Shown here piece by piece: positions 34,979-43,375 of a stretch of DNA of 64,000 bases. The stretch's first letter is position 1. Each line of letters begins with the position of its first letter. Below the pieces are notes generated by a model. It was not told the DNA's origin, ran no database searches, and was given only the letters and a program-made list of their open reading frames with translations. This DNA is from Escherichia phage GEP101: the sequence record PQ036202, one strand, 5' to 3'. The translations under genes were made by a program, and so were the position numbers.

Positions 34979-35779
34979 ATGAATACTACTGTAGACCAGA
35001 TGCTTAAAGAAAAAGGTATTGACGAAGCATTCTTAATCAATGCCGTAGAAAGCATGGCTATGATTCTTCGTGGAAACAACTACACAGAACAGTTTATGCC
35101 TGCAAGCTATAACTTGCCTAAAGACAAGTCTGATAACGGTGCTTTTGCAGAACAGGTTAATATGATGCTGTGTGACAAAACACTTGCTTTAGCATCTATC
35201 GTTGTAGGTGTTGATGCTCTCGCAGAGTTCATTTTTTATGAGATGCAGAAAAATGACTATATTGCCATGACCTCTGAAGAAAAAGACTTGCTACTGCTCT
35301 TAGGTTATGATGAGCTAGTTGACCTGTTAATTTCGTCAACAAGTGCTGTTATGGCTGCTCTTGAGAAGCGAATGGAAGAGAAGCTGTCACGATATGAAAA
35401 ACTTGATTGGGGTGTAGAAGAGTTAAACCCACGAATCAAAGAGATTATCCAGCAAACCAAAGATTCTTTGGAAGAAGCTGTTAAAGATGATTCCGTAGCT
35501 GATGTAGAACCACTACAGGTGAAGGTCGCTCTAATGATTCCAGCTATTTCTACAATGATGAATATCGTTGCACTAATCCAACTTTCACAGATGATGGGTG
35601 TGAGTATGGAGTTCATTGAGGAGATGACTGGTGGTGTCAGTATGCAAGCAATCAATGATGTTTTGGTGAACATTGGTGCTTCAATCATTGAAGAGAAACT
35701 ACGCATTAACTTCGGTGATGATTTTGTGAAGCAACTCTCAGCTATGGCTGAAAAAGAGTCTGCTGAGCAACTGCACTAA
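34979..35779 (+). CDS. hypothetical acidic protein
   Basis: 266-aa ORF. Confidence 0.4.
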   Translation: MNTTVDQMLKEKGIDEAFLINAVESMAMILRGNNYTEQFMPASYNLPKDKSDNGAFAEQVNMMLCDKTLALASIVVGVDALAEFIFYEMQKNDYIAMTSEEKDLLLLLGYDELVDLLISSTSAVMAALEKRMEEKLSRYEKLDWGVEELNPRIKEIIQQTKDSLEEAVKDDSVADVEPLQVKVALMIPAISTMMNIVALIQLSQMMGVSMEFIEEMTGGVSMQAINDVLVNIGASIIEEKLRINFGDDFVKQLSAMAEKESAEQLH

Positions 35780-35796
35780 GTCTTTATAAACCCTAC

Positions 35797-35821
35797 AAGC
35801 CTCCTTAGTTGGGGGCTTTTT
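35797..35821 (+). terminator. rho-independent terminator
   Basis: AAGCCTCC-TTAGTT-GGGGGCTT followed by TTTT. Confidence 0.45.
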
Positions 35822-35840
35822 AGTAATTAAGGGAGATAAA

Positions 35841-36584
35841 ATGAGTAATATTATTGCATTTACTGGAAAGGCGCGTTCTGGAAAAGATACCTCATGTTCT
35901 ATTGTGAAGAATATCCTAGAAGATGAGTATGGCTACAATGTTGCAGTAATGGCCTATGCAGACAATCTTAAGCTATCTGCATCAAAGATATTTGACCTGA
36001 CTTGGAATGACCTGTACGGTGAAACTAAAGAGACTCCACAGGTCTTTGATTTATCATACTCTGAACTTATGACTAAAGTTACGGAAGCTATGGAGTTCAC
36101 CTTCAGAGATGAACGTTACCATATGGACTTTAAGCTTATGTCAGAGTTAACCGGACGATTAATCATGGAACTTAAGAAGGTCGCTAAACCGACTCTATTG
36201 ACACGTCTGGGATTTAGCAAAAAGTATAAATTCTCATCAAGACAAATTCAACAGATTTGGGGCACTGAAGTAATCCGTAAAGTTATGGGTGACAAGTTCT
36301 GGTCTAAAGACCTTGAAAAAAGAATGGTAAACTTCTTTGACGTTTGCTCACTCAGGAATCAAGAAGGTGTTGTTTTAATCAGTGACTTAAGGTTTGACTC
36401 TGAAGCTGAGTGGCTGAGTAGATTTGCACACCAAACTATTGAAGTAAAAAGAGACAATGTGGACAAGGTTTCATCACATGTTTCAGAAAATGGAATTTCT
36501 ACCAAATATGCGCGTGACATTATCCATAATAATGGTACTCTTGAAGACCTTGAAAGCAAGCTAAGAGCTATCCTGAAAATTTAA
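35841..36584 (+). CDS. deoxynucleoside monophosphate kinase
   Basis: N-terminal P-loop IIAFTGKARSGKDT resembles T4 gp1 dNMP kinase (LIFLSGVKRSGKDT). Confidence 0.6.
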   Translation: MSNIIAFTGKARSGKDTSCSIVKNILEDEYGYNVAVMAYADNLKLSASKIFDLTWNDLYGETKETPQVFDLSYSELMTKVTEAMEFTFRDERYHMDFKLMSELTGRLIMELKKVAKPTLLTRLGFSKKYKFSSRQIQQIWGTEVIRKVMGDKFWSKDLEKRMVNFFDVCSLRNQEGVVLISDLRFDSEAEWLSRFAHQTIEVKRDNVDKVSSHVSENGISTKYARDIIHNNGTLEDLESKLRAILKI

Positions 36585-36592
36585 AAGAGAGA

Positions 36593-36793
36593 ATGAAGAT
36601 GAGAGTAAAAGATAATTTTAAAGTTATTGACCATCGTTTAGTGGAACTCTCATCTCTTTCCAATGAGGTAATGATTGAACGTCTTAAGAGAGTTGAATCA
36701 CGAAGGAAAGAGATTGCAGATGAAATTCATGAACTGGACAAGATTGAAAATGGATTGAAGGCAGAACTACAACGAAGAGGTGCTAATGTCTAA
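36593..36793 (+). CDS. hypothetical coiled-coil protein
   Basis: 66-aa ORF. Confidence 0.35.
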   Translation: MKMRVKDNFKVIDHRLVELSSLSNEVMIERLKRVESRRKEIADEIHELDKIENGLKAELQRRGANV

Positions 36794-38771
36794 AGGTCGT
36801 AAATTGAAAGAGGCTGGTCAGTTTATTGGTCATTGTGCATGTCCACGTTGTGGCTCATCAGATGCTGGTTCAATCTACCACCATGACGATGATTCTTATT
36901 CGATGACTTGCTTTAGCTGTAACAAAGGTTTCCCAGAGTGGGATTTTGATAAAGGACAAATCGTGAGCACTTATTCTACTGGTTCAGATAATAAAAACCG
37001 TACTTTCCGTGGAATGGATTTAGATGATGTAAAAGAAAACCTAGAAGCAATGGACTTGAAAGACAGGAAGATTCCTGCAAAAGTTCTTGAACGCTTAGGT
37101 ATCAAGGTTGACATTGACAGTGACGGCGAAATTGACGCACATTTCTATCCAACTTACAAACGTAATGAAGATGGCAAGCTAGAACATGTTGGCTACCGTG
37201 TTCGTCACCGTTACCCAGAAGACCATCCAAAAGAACACCTGCGTGGTAAGCTAAAAGACTTTTCAGGTGGTGTTGGAGACATTAAAGGTGAACTGGCAAT
37301 GTTCGGTTCATGGATTGCTCCAGAAGGTGGGAACCGACTGTTCATCTGGGAAGGTGAGATGGAATGTGCGACAGCTATCTACATGACTTCTTTGGCGATT
37401 AAAGATAAGTCTCGTCGTAAGAATTACTGTCACGTATCTGTTCCATCAGGTGCAAACATTAAGTCTATCAAAGACAACTATCAGTACATCACATCATTTG
37501 ATGAGATTTACTTGTGCTTTGATAACGATGAAGCAGGTGCTAAAGCTACCAAAGAGGCTGCTGGTATCCTACCTATTGAGAAGGTTCGTTTGTTCCAGTA
37601 TCCAGAGGGTGTAAAAGACCTTAATGAATGGTGGACAAAGTTCTACAAAGAGAAAGACACAGTTCTGGAAGGATTTAAACAGCGTATCTACAACGCACCT
37701 CGTTACTGCCCTGCTGGTATCAAGAACTTTGCAGATGGTTTTGAGGCAATGAAGAATCGTGGTCAGATTCCATTGATTCCTTTCCCAGAATCTTTCGGGG
37801 ATTTGAACAGGTTGACTTATGGTGGTTATGGTTTAGGTGAGATTACAACTCTGGCAGCACCATCTTCAGTAGGTAAATCAGCATACACCCGTGAAATGAT
37901 TTACACTGCTTGGAAGGAAACCGATTACAATATTGGTGTAATTCCAGTTGAAGATACCTATGAAGAGTTGATGGAGATGCTCTGTGCAATTCATCTAAGC
38001 AAGCAGATTTCTGAGATTCCTTATGATGAACGTGATTGGGATGAATTGAAGGAAGCACACGCAGAACTATCTAAAGGTCGTCGTATCCATATCGTTGACC
38101 ATCAAGGGGCAATTGACCAAGATAACCTACTGGAATTTGTTGACTATCTTGTTAACAGCTTAGATTGCAAGATTATCATTCTTGACCCTATCACGTTAGC
38201 TCTGTCACGTTCAGATACGGATGAAGAGGAAGTTTTGTCTGAGCTATTGCGTCGTTGCAAACGCTACCAGTATGCACAGGTAAACGTATGTCACGTTCGT
38301 AAGAGTGCAGGTGGTCAGAAAGCTAACTCTGAAGGTGGAGATATCTCTGAAGAGGATATTAAGGGTTCTGGTGCATACTTCCAGATTTCCATGAACAACA
38401 TTCTGTTAATGCGTAACAAGGTTGACCCAGACCCAGTTAAGAAAAACTTGACAAAAATCAAGTTAACTAAGTGTCGTCGTCATGGTAAGTCAACAGGTAT
38501 TGCTGGTCATACTTGGTACAATCCAGATACAGGACGTCTCATCAAAGCTTCTGGATGTGGTGTTGATATTGATGGTGCAGCAGAAAATATTCGTCAACAG
38601 TTTGGTATTGGTGAAGCTGAAGACCATTATGATGACTCTTTGCCTCATTATGAGGATGAAGTGTTTGACCGTGAGACTGGTGAAGTCTATACTGAAGAAC
38701 AGCGTCAAAGCTCAACGATTCCACCTGTATTAAGTGAGGATGCAGATGACTGCCCGTTTGAAACTGAGTGA
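36786..38771 (+). CDS. DNA primase/helicase (T7 gp4-like)
   Basis: N-terminal zinc-binding CPRCGSSD...CFSCNKGF, central TOPRIM-like region, helicase Walker A AAPSSVGKSAYT; ATG 36786. Confidence 0.8.
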   Translation: MSKGRKLKEAGQFIGHCACPRCGSSDAGSIYHHDDDSYSMTCFSCNKGFPEWDFDKGQIVSTYSTGSDNKNRTFRGMDLDDVKENLEAMDLKDRKIPAKVLERLGIKVDIDSDGEIDAHFYPTYKRNEDGKLEHVGYRVRHRYPEDHPKEHLRGKLKDFSGGVGDIKGELAMFGSWIAPEGGNRLFIWEGEMECATAIYMTSLAIKDKSRRKNYCHVSVPSGANIKSIKDNYQYITSFDEIYLCFDNDEAGAKATKEAAGILPIEKVRLFQYPEGVKDLNEWWTKFYKEKDTVLEGFKQRIYNAPRYCPAGIKNFADGFEAMKNRGQIPLIPFPESFGDLNRLTYGGYGLGEITTLAAPSSVGKSAYTREMIYTAWKETDYNIGVIPVEDTYEELMEMLCAIHLSKQISEIPYDERDWDELKEAHAELSKGRRIHIVDHQGAIDQDNLLEFVDYLVNSLDCKIIILDPITLALSRSDTDEEEVLSELLRRCKRYQYAQVNVCHVRKSAGGQKANSEGGDISEEDIKGSGAYFQISMNNILLMRNKVDPDPVKKNLTKIKLTKCRRHGKSTGIAGHTWYNPDTGRLIKASGCGVDIDGAAENIRQQFGIGEAEDHYDDSLPHYEDEVFDRETGEVYTEEQRQSSTIPPVLSEDADDCPFETE

Positions 38772-39027
38772 TAGTTATAAAAGAGAGGGGTTCATACCCT
38801 TCTTTGAAGAAAAAAGTTTAAATGAATTTCAGGAAGAGTGTTTGACAAAGATTGATAGGTTCTATAGAATGCTCCTCATGAAATGCAATGGGGAGGTTGA
38901 GATAAAAGAAGATTTCTACCAAAGCACGATTACAGTCATCGTTGCACTGCCTCAGCATAATATCAGTTGGCTGTTTATAATTAAAGAAAATGTGTTTGAA
39001 TATCAAGTATATCGGAGAATATCATGA
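38746..39027 (+). CDS. hypothetical protein
   Basis: ATG 38746 with GAGGA RBS; overlaps helicase 3-prime end; contains an internal consensus promoter so protein-coding status uncertain. Confidence 0.3.
   Translation: MTARLKLSDSYKREGFIPFFEEKSLNEFQEECLTKIDRFYRMLLMKCNGEVEIKEDFYQSTITVIVALPQHNISWLFIIKENVFEYQVYRRIS
38842..38870 (+). promoter_or_regulatory. sigma70-like promoter TTGACA-N17-TAGAAT
   Basis: Exact TTGACA 38842..38847 and TAGAAT 38865..38870. Confidence 0.3.
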
Positions 39028-39175
39028 AACACTCTAAAGCATTTGAAAAAGTTTTTGGGGATTCCTTAAAAGCCACTGCTGGTAAACCAGCAAAATACTA
39101 TGAAGAGAAGCGTGTAAGAACTGGAAAAACTGCACGTAAAGCAGCTTCTAAAGATAAGCACAACTTCCAGTAATT
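39026..39175 (+). CDS. small basic protein (49 aa), not in ORF track
   Basis: ATG overlapping upstream stop (ATGA), GGAGAA RBS; MKHSKAFEKVFGDSLKATAGKPAKYYEEKRVRTGK... Confidence 0.3.
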
Positions 39176-39180
39176 AATGT

Positions 39181-39209
39181 TTGACAATAGAGTATCAACA
39201 AATTAGAAT
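39181..39209 (+). promoter_or_regulatory. sigma70-like promoter TTGACA-N17-TAGAAT upstream of SSB-like gene
   Basis: Exact TTGACA 39181..39186, 17-nt spacer, TAGAAT 39204..39209, gene start 39246. Confidence 0.5.
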
Positions 39210-39245
39210 TGGTACTCTTCATAAATTGAGATAGAGGTTTAAATA

Positions 39246-40103
39246 ATGTCTAAAGTTGTTAAAATGAAAGCTCCGGTAGAGAAGTACAATGGTACTGAAC
39301 GTCAAACTCTGCGTTACCTGCTGAAAGATGTTTGGTTTTATTACCTGAACACTTCACCACGTCCGGCAAAAGGTAAATCCATTGATAAGAAATTCCCAGG
39401 AAAAGATTGTAACTACAGTGTTTCAATTCTGGCAGAAGATGGTAACAAGCTGTTTAAAGAGTTTACTAAGTCTAAGAAAAACCCAGAAGGTTGGGATAAA
39501 GTTACTACTGAAGCAGTTGATGCAGATGACTTCGAAGAGAAGTTTGGTTGCAAACCACCATTCGAAGCAGATACTTACCATATCTTGAAAGTAAGTCGTG
39601 CAGCAGCTTATAAAGACGGTGCTGTATGGACAGCTAAACAGTCATTCCCTGTAATGCTGATTGAAGAAGTAAACGGTAAGCGTGTAGCTGTTAAACAGCC
39701 GATGAAGAAAATCAAAGCTCAAGCATCTGACAAACACGAAGATGACAAGAACTATGATGTAATTCATCCAGACATTGCAGTCGGTAACGGTTCTTTTGGT
39801 AGTGTGATTCTTTCTACTCACTTCTACACTTTTGAGAACAATGTTCTGACAAAACCTATTCAGGAACAGTTTATCATTGACACTCTTGTACCTTACAATG
39901 GTGGTAACGGTGCTAACGGCGAACCTGAACTGGATGAAGATGAACTGGCTATGCTTGGTCTTGATGGTGTTGAAGATAACGGTGAAATCACTGAAGAAGA
40001 CGCAAAAGACCACAAACCTTCTAATGATTCTGATGATGGTGACGATGAAGATTTGCCAGACCCAGATGACGAAGAAGATGAAGACTTCGATACAGAAGAC
40101 TAA
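39246..40103 (+). CDS. single-stranded DNA-binding protein (putative), acidic C-terminal tail
   Basis: C-terminus DDGDDEDLPDPDDEEDEDFDTED typical of phage SSBs; placement in replication cluster. Confidence 0.45.
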   Translation: MSKVVKMKAPVEKYNGTERQTLRYLLKDVWFYYLNTSPRPAKGKSIDKKFPGKDCNYSVSILAEDGNKLFKEFTKSKKNPEGWDKVTTEAVDADDFEEKFGCKPPFEADTYHILKVSRAAAYKDGAVWTAKQSFPVMLIEEVNGKRVAVKQPMKKIKAQASDKHEDDKNYDVIHPDIAVGNGSFGSVILSTHFYTFENNVLTKPIQEQFIIDTLVPYNGGNGANGEPELDEDELAMLGLDGVEDNGEITEEDAKDHKPSNDSDDGDDEDLPDPDDEEDEDFDTED

Positions 40104-40120
40104 TCTCTGAAAGTTACTTT

Positions 40121-40149
40121 AAAGCCCTGTACTCAGTATGGGGCTTTTT
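40121..40149 (+). terminator. rho-independent terminator
   Basis: AAAGCCCTGTA-CTCAG-TATGGGGCTTT hairpin with T-run. Confidence 0.45.
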
Positions 40150-40165
40150 CATATGGAGAGTCACA

Positions 40166-41206
40166 ATGGAGAAGTATACGCTAACAAAACTTCCCGATTC
40201 AGTTACACATGTCTTTATTGACTCTGACAGTATTGCCTATAAAGGTGCTTGTGTAGTTGAGAAAGCAAAATATAAATACGTCAATAAACTCACAGCAGAA
40301 GAATCTGAACCATTTGATAATGCAAAAGATGCCGCAAGATGGTTAGCAGACCAGAGAATCCTTGTAGAAGAGCTTGGCCTAGCATTTGATGAAGATGAAT
40401 GGGAAAGACAGACTTGGAAAGAAGCTAAGAGTGAAAAAGAAGCTATCATGGCTACTCAGCAAGTTCTTCAGGAATGGCTTAAGGTTGTTGGTAAAGAAAG
40501 AACTTGGGTAGGTTACTTAACAGAGAAGGGTGTACATAAACATAAAGACGTTAAAGGTCTTGAGCACCAATATCAAGGTAACCGTAAAGATGCTGTCACA
40601 CCAACACACTTAGTTGCTTGTCGTGAATATCTTCTGTCAAGACCAGAGTTTAAATTGATTCTTGATGGATTTGAAGCTGACTCTATCGTTATCGCTAAAG
40701 CTGAAAAGATGGGTAAAAAGGCTGCCTTAATGAGTATTGATAAAGACCTTCGCCAAGCTGAAGGTACTTACTGCATTGATATGACCTATGAAAAATCACC
40801 TTTAATTTTCATTGCTGATAACAACGTTGGTGAAATTTGGGATTGTCCAATAAAATCGACACCAAAAGCTAAGAAGACAGTTGGAGTAGGTTTTAAATTT
40901 CTTTGCTATCAAGCTGTGGCTGGTGATAATGCGGATAACTACTTCGGTTTAAAAGGTGTTGGTAAAGCTGCTGTGATGAAGGCTCTTGAAGGGAAAACAA
41001 CTTACAAAGAGTGTCTTGATGCAATTTACGAGCTATATGCTAAGAAAGACTCCTACACTTATGTATCATGGGATGGTCAGACAATCACCAGAACACCCCT
41101 AGAGTTAATGCAGCAACACTTTTTCTTAGCTTATCAGGAAAGAAATAAGAAAGACGATTTCTCTTTTAAGAAATATAATTGGGAGCCGTGTATGAATGAA
41201 GATTAA
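40166..41206 (+). CDS. 5-prime to 3-prime exonuclease / flap endonuclease (RNase H-like)
   Basis: N-terminal VFIDSDSIAYKG and downstream MSIDKDLRQ resemble FEN/Pol I 5-prime nuclease motifs. Confidence 0.55.
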   Translation: MEKYTLTKLPDSVTHVFIDSDSIAYKGACVVEKAKYKYVNKLTAEESEPFDNAKDAARWLADQRILVEELGLAFDEDEWERQTWKEAKSEKEAIMATQQVLQEWLKVVGKERTWVGYLTEKGVHKHKDVKGLEHQYQGNRKDAVTPTHLVACREYLLSRPEFKLILDGFEADSIVIAKAEKMGKKAALMSIDKDLRQAEGTYCIDMTYEKSPLIFIADNNVGEIWDCPIKSTPKAKKTVGVGFKFLCYQAVAGDNADNYFGLKGVGKAAVMKALEGKTTYKECLDAIYELYAKKDSYTYVSWDGQTITRTPLELMQQHFFLAYQERNKKDDFSFKKYNWEPCMNED

Positions 41207-41693
41207 AGGGTTTGGTAATTGTCCCACCTATGGTCATTGGGTATCTTTATGTGGGGAAGTTGACCCCACTAAACATTTTGGTTTTGTCTATTTAGTACAC
41301 TGTAAGAAAACCGGACAATATTACATAGGAAAGAAACAGTTTAACAGTGTTACCAAAAGAAAAGTTGCTGGTAAGACTCGGAAGAAGGTAGTCACTAAGG
41401 AAAGTGATTGGATGACTTATGAGACTTCTTCTGAGTATGTTAAAAAAGATATTGAGAGCTTTGGAAAAGAATTTTTTGACTTTTACATTATCCAAACCTA
41501 CTACACGAAAGGTGGTCTAGTTTATGGTGAAGCAAACCTCCAACATAAATTCGATGTAATGACAAAAAGGATTGACTCTAAGCTCAGACTCTTCTACAAT
41601 GCCAACATTGCAGCAATTAAGTTTATCACTAAAGAAACTTATGAAGATGCTGAAAAAAGAATCCATAAGGTAATGAAAGCAAACTGTGCTTGA
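41196..41693 (+). CDS. GIY-YIG family endonuclease (putative free-standing homing endonuclease)
   Basis: FGFVYLVHCKKTGQYYIGKK matches GIY...YIG motif spacing. Confidence 0.5.
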   Translation: MKIKGFGNCPTYGHWVSLCGEVDPTKHFGFVYLVHCKKTGQYYIGKKQFNSVTKRKVAGKTRKKVVTKESDWMTYETSSEYVKKDIESFGKEFFDFYIIQTYYTKGGLVYGEANLQHKFDVMTKRIDSKLRLFYNANIAAIKFITKETYEDAEKRIHKVMKANCA

Positions 41694-41699
41694 TAACTA

Positions 41700-41963
41700 T
41701 TGAGAGAGAATAAAATGTTTAACAAAAGTAAAGCTGTGAGTCATGTAGCAAAGGTTGACAGCAAGATTGAAGAACTTGAGCGCATTCTTGCAAATGCCAG
41801 AGAGTCAATAATTAAAGAAGTTGAAGCTGTTGAATCTCAAATGCAGCACCTAATGCTCAAACGTCAAGAGTTACGTGAGCATCTGGAATATATTGAAACA
41901 CGAGAGCTAAAGGTTAACAGATATTTTAAGGAGTCCAAATGTTTAACTCAAGAGAATCAGTAA
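41700..41963 (+). CDS. hypothetical coiled-coil protein
   Basis: 87-aa ORF. Confidence 0.35.
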   Translation: MRENKMFNKSKAVSHVAKVDSKIEELERILANARESIIKEVEAVESQMQHLMLKRQELREHLEYIETRELKVNRYFKESKCLTQENQ

Positions 41964-42694
41964 AAAACTGGAACCTTCGTTGTGGAAACACTCAAAAGCA
42001 ACCTTACAGTGATGAGTATTGGGAATCTTTGAAATCCCAGTCTCTGTGTATGCTTGAAGAAGCAAAAGAGCTTGTAAAAGCAATTGAAGAGAAAGACCCC
42101 ATTGAGACACTGGATGCTCAAGCAGATTTGCAATATGTTCTTGATGGTTTGATTTACCTGTCACAACATGACCATAATGGTGCTATGAAAGCTGTTTGTC
42201 ATAATAATGACCTGAAGTATACAGACGACTATGAAGAAGCTTTAAAACGTCTTGCAGATGTTGAGAAGCGTACTGGTCAAGAGTGTGTTATCAGAATGTC
42301 AGTAGTTGATGGTAAAGAGTGGTATGCAATTGTTCGTGCAGCCGATGGGAAGATTATGAAGCAATCAAATCTCCCTAAAGTACAGCTTGGTGAATACATT
42401 GTAGAGCTTGAAAGCCAAGAACTTTTTGTGGTAGTATCTGAGACATGCGTTATCTGCAAAGGTATTGTAAGTAGCTTAAAGGATTTGGGTGTAGATGGTT
42501 TTGTAGAAGTTAGTCCAATTACCTCTAAAGCAGATAAAGATTTCTGTAAAGAGAATGGACTATGGATTGCAGATATTGTCTACTACGATGGTGAGCAGTT
42601 CCATGTAACCTCATACCCGAAACTGAATTATGATGCTAATAACCTGAAGTGCTGGTTAAAAGGGGTTGGTTATAATGGATTCACAGAACATTAA
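41939..42694 (+). CDS. hypothetical protein, possible MazG-like NTP pyrophosphohydrolase N-terminal domain
   Basis: LEEAKELVKAIEE...ETLDAQADLQYVLDG resembles MazG EExxE/D-rich helices; weak. Confidence 0.3.
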   Translation: MFNSRESVKNWNLRCGNTQKQPYSDEYWESLKSQSLCMLEEAKELVKAIEEKDPIETLDAQADLQYVLDGLIYLSQHDHNGAMKAVCHNNDLKYTDDYEEALKRLADVEKRTGQECVIRMSVVDGKEWYAIVRAADGKIMKQSNLPKVQLGEYIVELESQELFVVVSETCVICKGIVSSLKDLGVDGFVEVSPITSKADKDFCKENGLWIADIVYYDGEQFHVTSYPKLNYDANNLKCWLKGVGYNGFTEH

Positions 42695-42998
42695 TAAAGA
42701 AGGTGTGGCTCAGAAGAGCCACTTCTCAAACTACAATATCTCTATGACGGTGTTTATGTATGACCCGTTACTTGAGAAGTATGGTGAGACTCCAGATACA
42801 CTTCTGGATAATGAACAAGTTTTAAAAGCAGTCCTGTACAAATATGGGATTGATATTGAGAAAGAGTATTCCTTTGAAATCTGCCTACACAGAAATACTT
42901 TTGGGAAAGTTGTGATGGCTCCACTCTTCATGGGTGTAGAAAGAACTGACTATGGTTGGCTATATCTAAAAAGAAACTTGGAGAAATACCGTGTCTAA
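42666..42998 (+). CDS. hypothetical protein
   Basis: 110-aa ORF. Confidence 0.35.
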   Translation: MVIMDSQNINKEGVAQKSHFSNYNISMTVFMYDPLLEKYGETPDTLLDNEQVLKAVLYKYGIDIEKEYSFEICLHRNTFGKVVMAPLFMGVERTDYGWLYLKRNLEKYRV

Positions 42999-43329
42999 AG
43001 CAAAAAAGCTATCTTATGATGACATTATCTCAGGTGCTAAATTAGGTGTTGATAGTATCGGACAAGATGTTAAGCACGGAGACACAGTTATGTACTGCGA
43101 TGACCGAAGAGGGAGAAGTGCAATCTTGTTTGGAAGAATTGTTTGCAAGATGCGAGGTAATTACGTTGTTGCAGACATGGATGTGAATGCCACACAAAAA
43201 CTTGAAACAATTTTGGATGATAATACATCATCATGGTTCTCCCTAAATTGTATGCACACTTCTTCAGTCACAAAAGTAAGTGATAAGTTTTACGATATGT
43301 GGCAGAATGAGCAAATTTTCAAGATTTAA
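42991..43329 (+). CDS. hypothetical protein
   Basis: 112-aa ORF. Confidence 0.35.
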   Translation: MSKAKKLSYDDIISGAKLGVDSIGQDVKHGDTVMYCDDRRGRSAILFGRIVCKMRGNYVVADMDVNATQKLETILDDNTSSWFSLNCMHTSSVTKVSDKFYDMWQNEQIFKI

Positions 43330-43333
43330 ACTA

Positions 43334-43357
43334 GGGAGCCTCTTCGGAGGCTCTTTT
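43334..43357 (+). terminator. rho-independent terminator (UUCG loop)
   Basis: GGGAGCCTC-TTCG-GAGGCTCTT followed by TTTT. Confidence 0.55.
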
Positions 43358-43375
43358 CATCTGTAGGATTTAAAA

